The notes under the pieces were generated by a model, which made no database searches, was not told the DNA's origin, and was given only the letters and a program-made list of their open reading frames with translations. The position numbers and the translations under genes were made by a program. From Monocercomonoides exilis PA203 (taxonomy: Eukaryota; Protista; Preaxostyla), in the NCBI GenBank assembly GCA_001643675.2, contig LSRY02000012.1:1116001-1180000 (forward strand): a DNA stretch of 64,000 nt, read 5' to 3'. Positions 61,021 to 64,000 of the stretch are shown piece by piece. Position 1 is the stretch's first letter. Every line of letters starts with the position of its first letter.

Positions 61021-63297
61021 ATGAAAGGATTGATTCTCTTTTGGCTTCTAATTTTCATATCATTTTCTGAACATGAAGTTGTAGATCTCTTCACTCTTTG
61101 CTCAAAAAATTACAAAGCTTATAACGGAAATAGCTCAACTTTACATCTTGATTCAAAAGCTTTCATTTCACGGACTATTCCATTATATAACGAAGAAATT
61201 CACATAATTGGAAAATTTGAAGCAACAACCGTATATGATCTTTTTATAAACTCTTCTGGATTATTTTCATTATCTAATTCATCAATCTATCTGAATTCCA
61301 TCCAAATTAATCTCCAAGAACACCAAAATCTTATTGATGTCGAGAGCAGATCCACAGCAAATATCGATAATTGTGTTATATCCACACATTCTTTGAAGAG
61401 TTCCTTATTTTTTATACAAAATTCAAATGTATTCATAAATAACATATCTCTAAACATTCAAACAAAAATAACAGAAAATAGTTTAGCTTCATCGACATGC
61501 GAAGGAGAACTCACATTATGTGATTCTTCTTTCTTCTCCATTTCTTTGAATAGTAAGTTTCCATTCATTTCAGATACTTCAACCATTTCTCTCAATATAA
61601 AATCTTCCTCTTTTAAGAACTTCACAACACCACTTTTAGCAAAAAATGCTCCCATTAATCAAGAAAGTTCTGGTCCAAGGCAAAATTGTATTATTGATTC
61701 ATGCTTATGCCAATCTGTGGAGAACGCAATTTATGGAGGAATTGTATTTGGGCTGTCACGTGAATGCTCGTTCACTGTATTAAATACCACTTTCATTCAA
61801 ACACCTCGCACATTTCAATTTAATTTATCACCTTCAAATCAATATGGTTTATTAAAAGGACAACCAAACAAGAATACCACATATAAGGAACAACAACAAC
61901 CTTCATATTCATCAGAGGCTGAATTTATTGATGACACTTTTTTAGACATTACAAGCTATCGTGATGGCGGAGCAATATATTGGTCAGGAAGTGGGATGAT
62001 GAACATAACAGGCTGCACCTTCACAAGATGCATGTCTTTACAAGAAAGTTCATATGCCAGAGAAGGAGGTGCCATTTATGCTTCTAGCGATTCGAGAATT
62101 AAAAATTCAATATTTAATTGTTGTCATTCAATTGGTGATGGAGGAGGTATATGCGCAACAATGGAAATTTCATTGAGCAATAATACATTCACAGCTTGCT
62201 CATCAATTAGCAATGGCGGAGGGTTATATATAAAATCAATTTCCTCGACAATGAATTCAAAAAATCTCACTTTTAGCCACTGTATATCAGGACTATTTGG
62301 TGGCGGAGTATCTTTTTATAGTAGAGACATTGCCTACTCATTTGAATCAATTATCTTTTCTAACTGCCAAGCCGGATTATCAGGGGGCGGCGTTTATATT
62401 TTTGCATCTCGCAGAGATGTACCCTCAACAAGAATCATATTTAAGGACTGCCAGTTTAGTAACAACGAAGCTAAAAAATTCGACCCTCAAGGCAGCACCC
62501 CACCTCAGACCAACTATCTAATTGGAGATGGAGCTTCTCACATTGGAGGCACGGTGGAGACATTGGACGCCGTTACTTGTAATTCATTCATTCGGTGCAC
62601 CGCAACCAAATCAAAAACAGCAATGGTTTTTGGTGATCAGTTGATACCATTTGAATGGATTAGTGGAAAATGTGTAATGACTCAAAGAGAAACAACAATA
62701 TTTTTAGTTGTGTTCTTTACGGTTGCTGGCGTATCTACTTTGATTGCTTCTCTTATCTGCTTTTGTGTGTGCCGTAGAAACAAAAAACTGAAGAGAGAAA
62801 TAGAGAAAAAGAAATTGGCACTCGAACATCCTGGAACTGCTGAACAACTGGGAACTATTCAAACCACTCCTAACGAAAATGCTCAATTACCAGCTGGATA
62901 TCAAGCACCAGTTATTTATCCATTGTCCACGCTTCATCTTGTTCCAGCTCAATTTGTAATTCCAAATCAAGTGCCATATCAACTGCCAAACACTGGACTA
63001 AATGCAAGTCAAACTGCGAATTCTTTGAACGTGCCATATCAAGCGTTTCCAGTTTCTGAGCAAATTGAACCTTCTCAAGGCACGCAGGATCTTTTACAGA
63101 TGCAACAACAGAATTATACTCCAAGCATTCAAATACAACAACAGAATTATTCTCAAACCACTCAAATGCAGCAACAGACTTACACTCCAAACGCTCAAAT
63201 GCAACAACAGAATTATTCACCAAGCGCTCAAATGCCTTTGATTGCACCAGAATCTTCAAATGAAGTGATGCTACCATCAGAAATAAAAGATATGTAA
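61021..63297 (+). CDS. Type I surface protein with signal peptide, GGA(I)/FxxC beta-helix repeats, TM helix and Gln/Pro-rich cytoplasmic tail
   Basis: MKGLILFWLLIFISFS signal. Repeated DGGAIY/EGGAIY/GGGIC/GGGLY/GGGVY motifs. TM helix IFLVVFFTVAGVSTLIASLICFCVC followed by RRNKK. Confidence 0.8.
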   Translation: MKGLILFWLLIFISFSEHEVVDLFTLCSKNYKAYNGNSSTLHLDSKAFISRTIPLYNEEIHIIGKFEATTVYDLFINSSGLFSLSNSSIYLNSIQINLQEHQNLIDVESRSTANIDNCVISTHSLKSSLFFIQNSNVFINNISLNIQTKITENSLASSTCEGELTLCDSSFFSISLNSKFPFISDTSTISLNIKSSSFKNFTTPLLAKNAPINQESSGPRQNCIIDSCLCQSVENAIYGGIVFGLSRECSFTVLNTTFIQTPRTFQFNLSPSNQYGLLKGQPNKNTTYKEQQQPSYSSEAEFIDDTFLDITSYRDGGAIYWSGSGMMNITGCTFTRCMSLQESSYAREGGAIYASSDSRIKNSIFNCCHSIGDGGGICATMEISLSNNTFTACSSISNGGGLYIKSISSTMNSKNLTFSHCISGLFGGGVSFYSRDIAYSFESIIFSNCQAGLSGGGVYIFASRRDVPSTRIIFKDCQFSNNEAKKFDPQGSTPPQTNYLIGDGASHIGGTVETLDAVTCNSFIRCTATKSKTAMVFGDQLIPFEWISGKCVMTQRETTIFLVVFFTVAGVSTLIASLICFCVCRRNKKLKREIEKKKLALEHPGTAEQLGTIQTTPNENAQLPAGYQAPVIYPLSTLHLVPAQFVIPNQVPYQLPNTGLNASQTANSLNVPYQAFPVSEQIEPSQGTQDLLQMQQQNYTPSIQIQQQNYSQTTQMQQQTYTPNAQMQQQNYSPSAQMPLIAPESSNEVMLPSEIKDM
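63097..63234 (+). repeat. 33-bp coding tandem repeat, about 4 copies (QMQQQNYxPxA-type)
   Basis: QMQQQNYTPSI / QIQQQNYSQTT / QMQQQTYTPNA / QMQQQNYSPSA. Confidence 0.85.
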
Positions 63298-64000
63298 ATG
63301 GAAAAGAATATTTTATTTATTATATTCACCAGCTCAACAAAAAAACCATGCTTATAAATCTTGATTGGAGAAAGGAAACAGAATTAATATTTTACAATCA
63401 TGTTGTCGTGCGTATCAGACAATATTACAATGAACTCAACTTTTGTAGATTTAAACTCAAGAACTTTCAACTTCAACTTTTCAGTTTTTTGTATGATTAT
63501 TAAGTTTGCCAATGCAATTCTGCTCAGTTTTATGTTTTTCTAATTTGGAGGTTTACTGCATCTCATTGTTTGTTTTTGTCTTGAGTTGTTTTAATGTGGT
63601 ATCATTGACACTTTTGCTGTTCTGCTTTCGCAAAAATGTACAAAAATTTGACTTTTTTCCTTTTATAATTAGTGTGATGAACTTTTTCTTTGAATGAATG
63701 TGAAGTGAATACTTTTTTGTTAGTCATTGTTCGATATATTCAATTGTAATAAACAAAGCATTGAATTCTTTACTAAAAGATTTTTTGAGTTCTCTACCTA
63801 AGCAAATGAAAAAAGAATCGAAAACAGAGAAATTGAAGCAGAGATTTTTTCAAAAAAATACTTGAAACGTCAATTTTTTAAAAAACAAAAGTTATCGAAA
63901 AAAAAGTTTCAATTTTCACAATGACCCAGAGAAAAAATGAACACATTTGTTGATGAATTATGTTAATAACTTATAATCTTGCTCGCTCCGGTGAAAGCGG

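Noticed and set aside
63976-64000. GC-rich hairpin TTGCTCGCTCCGGTGAAAGCGG resembling a U6/U4 snRNA 5' end
   Set aside because: Truncated by the window edge, and no diagnostic motif such as ACAGAG is visible. The adjacent sequence is needed.

Overview
This is eukaryotic, AT-rich DNA with short GT-AG introns, the standard genetic code and many poly-Ser/acidic tracts. Gene style and the cysteine-rich beta-helix surface proteins suggest an oxymonad such as Monocercomonoides (inference). Two gene-dense blocks flank a ~27 kb transposon-rich island. The left block (1-25 kb) holds RPS24, a Polo-like kinase, a centrosomin-motif-1 (CM1) coiled-coil protein, a TFIIIC90/GTF3C4-like gene, alanine aminotransferase, the Pol I/III subunit AC19 and alpha-COP. 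The island (25.2-52.5 kb) holds: a 2.9 kb non-autonomous element with 207-bp TIRs and an 8-bp TSD; a foldback element carrying two nested MITEs; a 9 kb receptor-pseudokinase gene with five in-frame stops and no frameshift; a perfect 396-bp palindromic MITE; and an 8.3 kb hAT transposon with an apparently intact intron-containing transposase plus ~4.7 kb of decayed cargo. The right block (52.7-63.3 kb) holds a hypothetical gene, ATG5 head-to-head with a SAPS/PP6R gene (start codons 55 bp apart), and a GGA-repeat surface protein. I found no rRNA, tRNA or CRISPR. All calls are by eye from motifs; no database searches were run.
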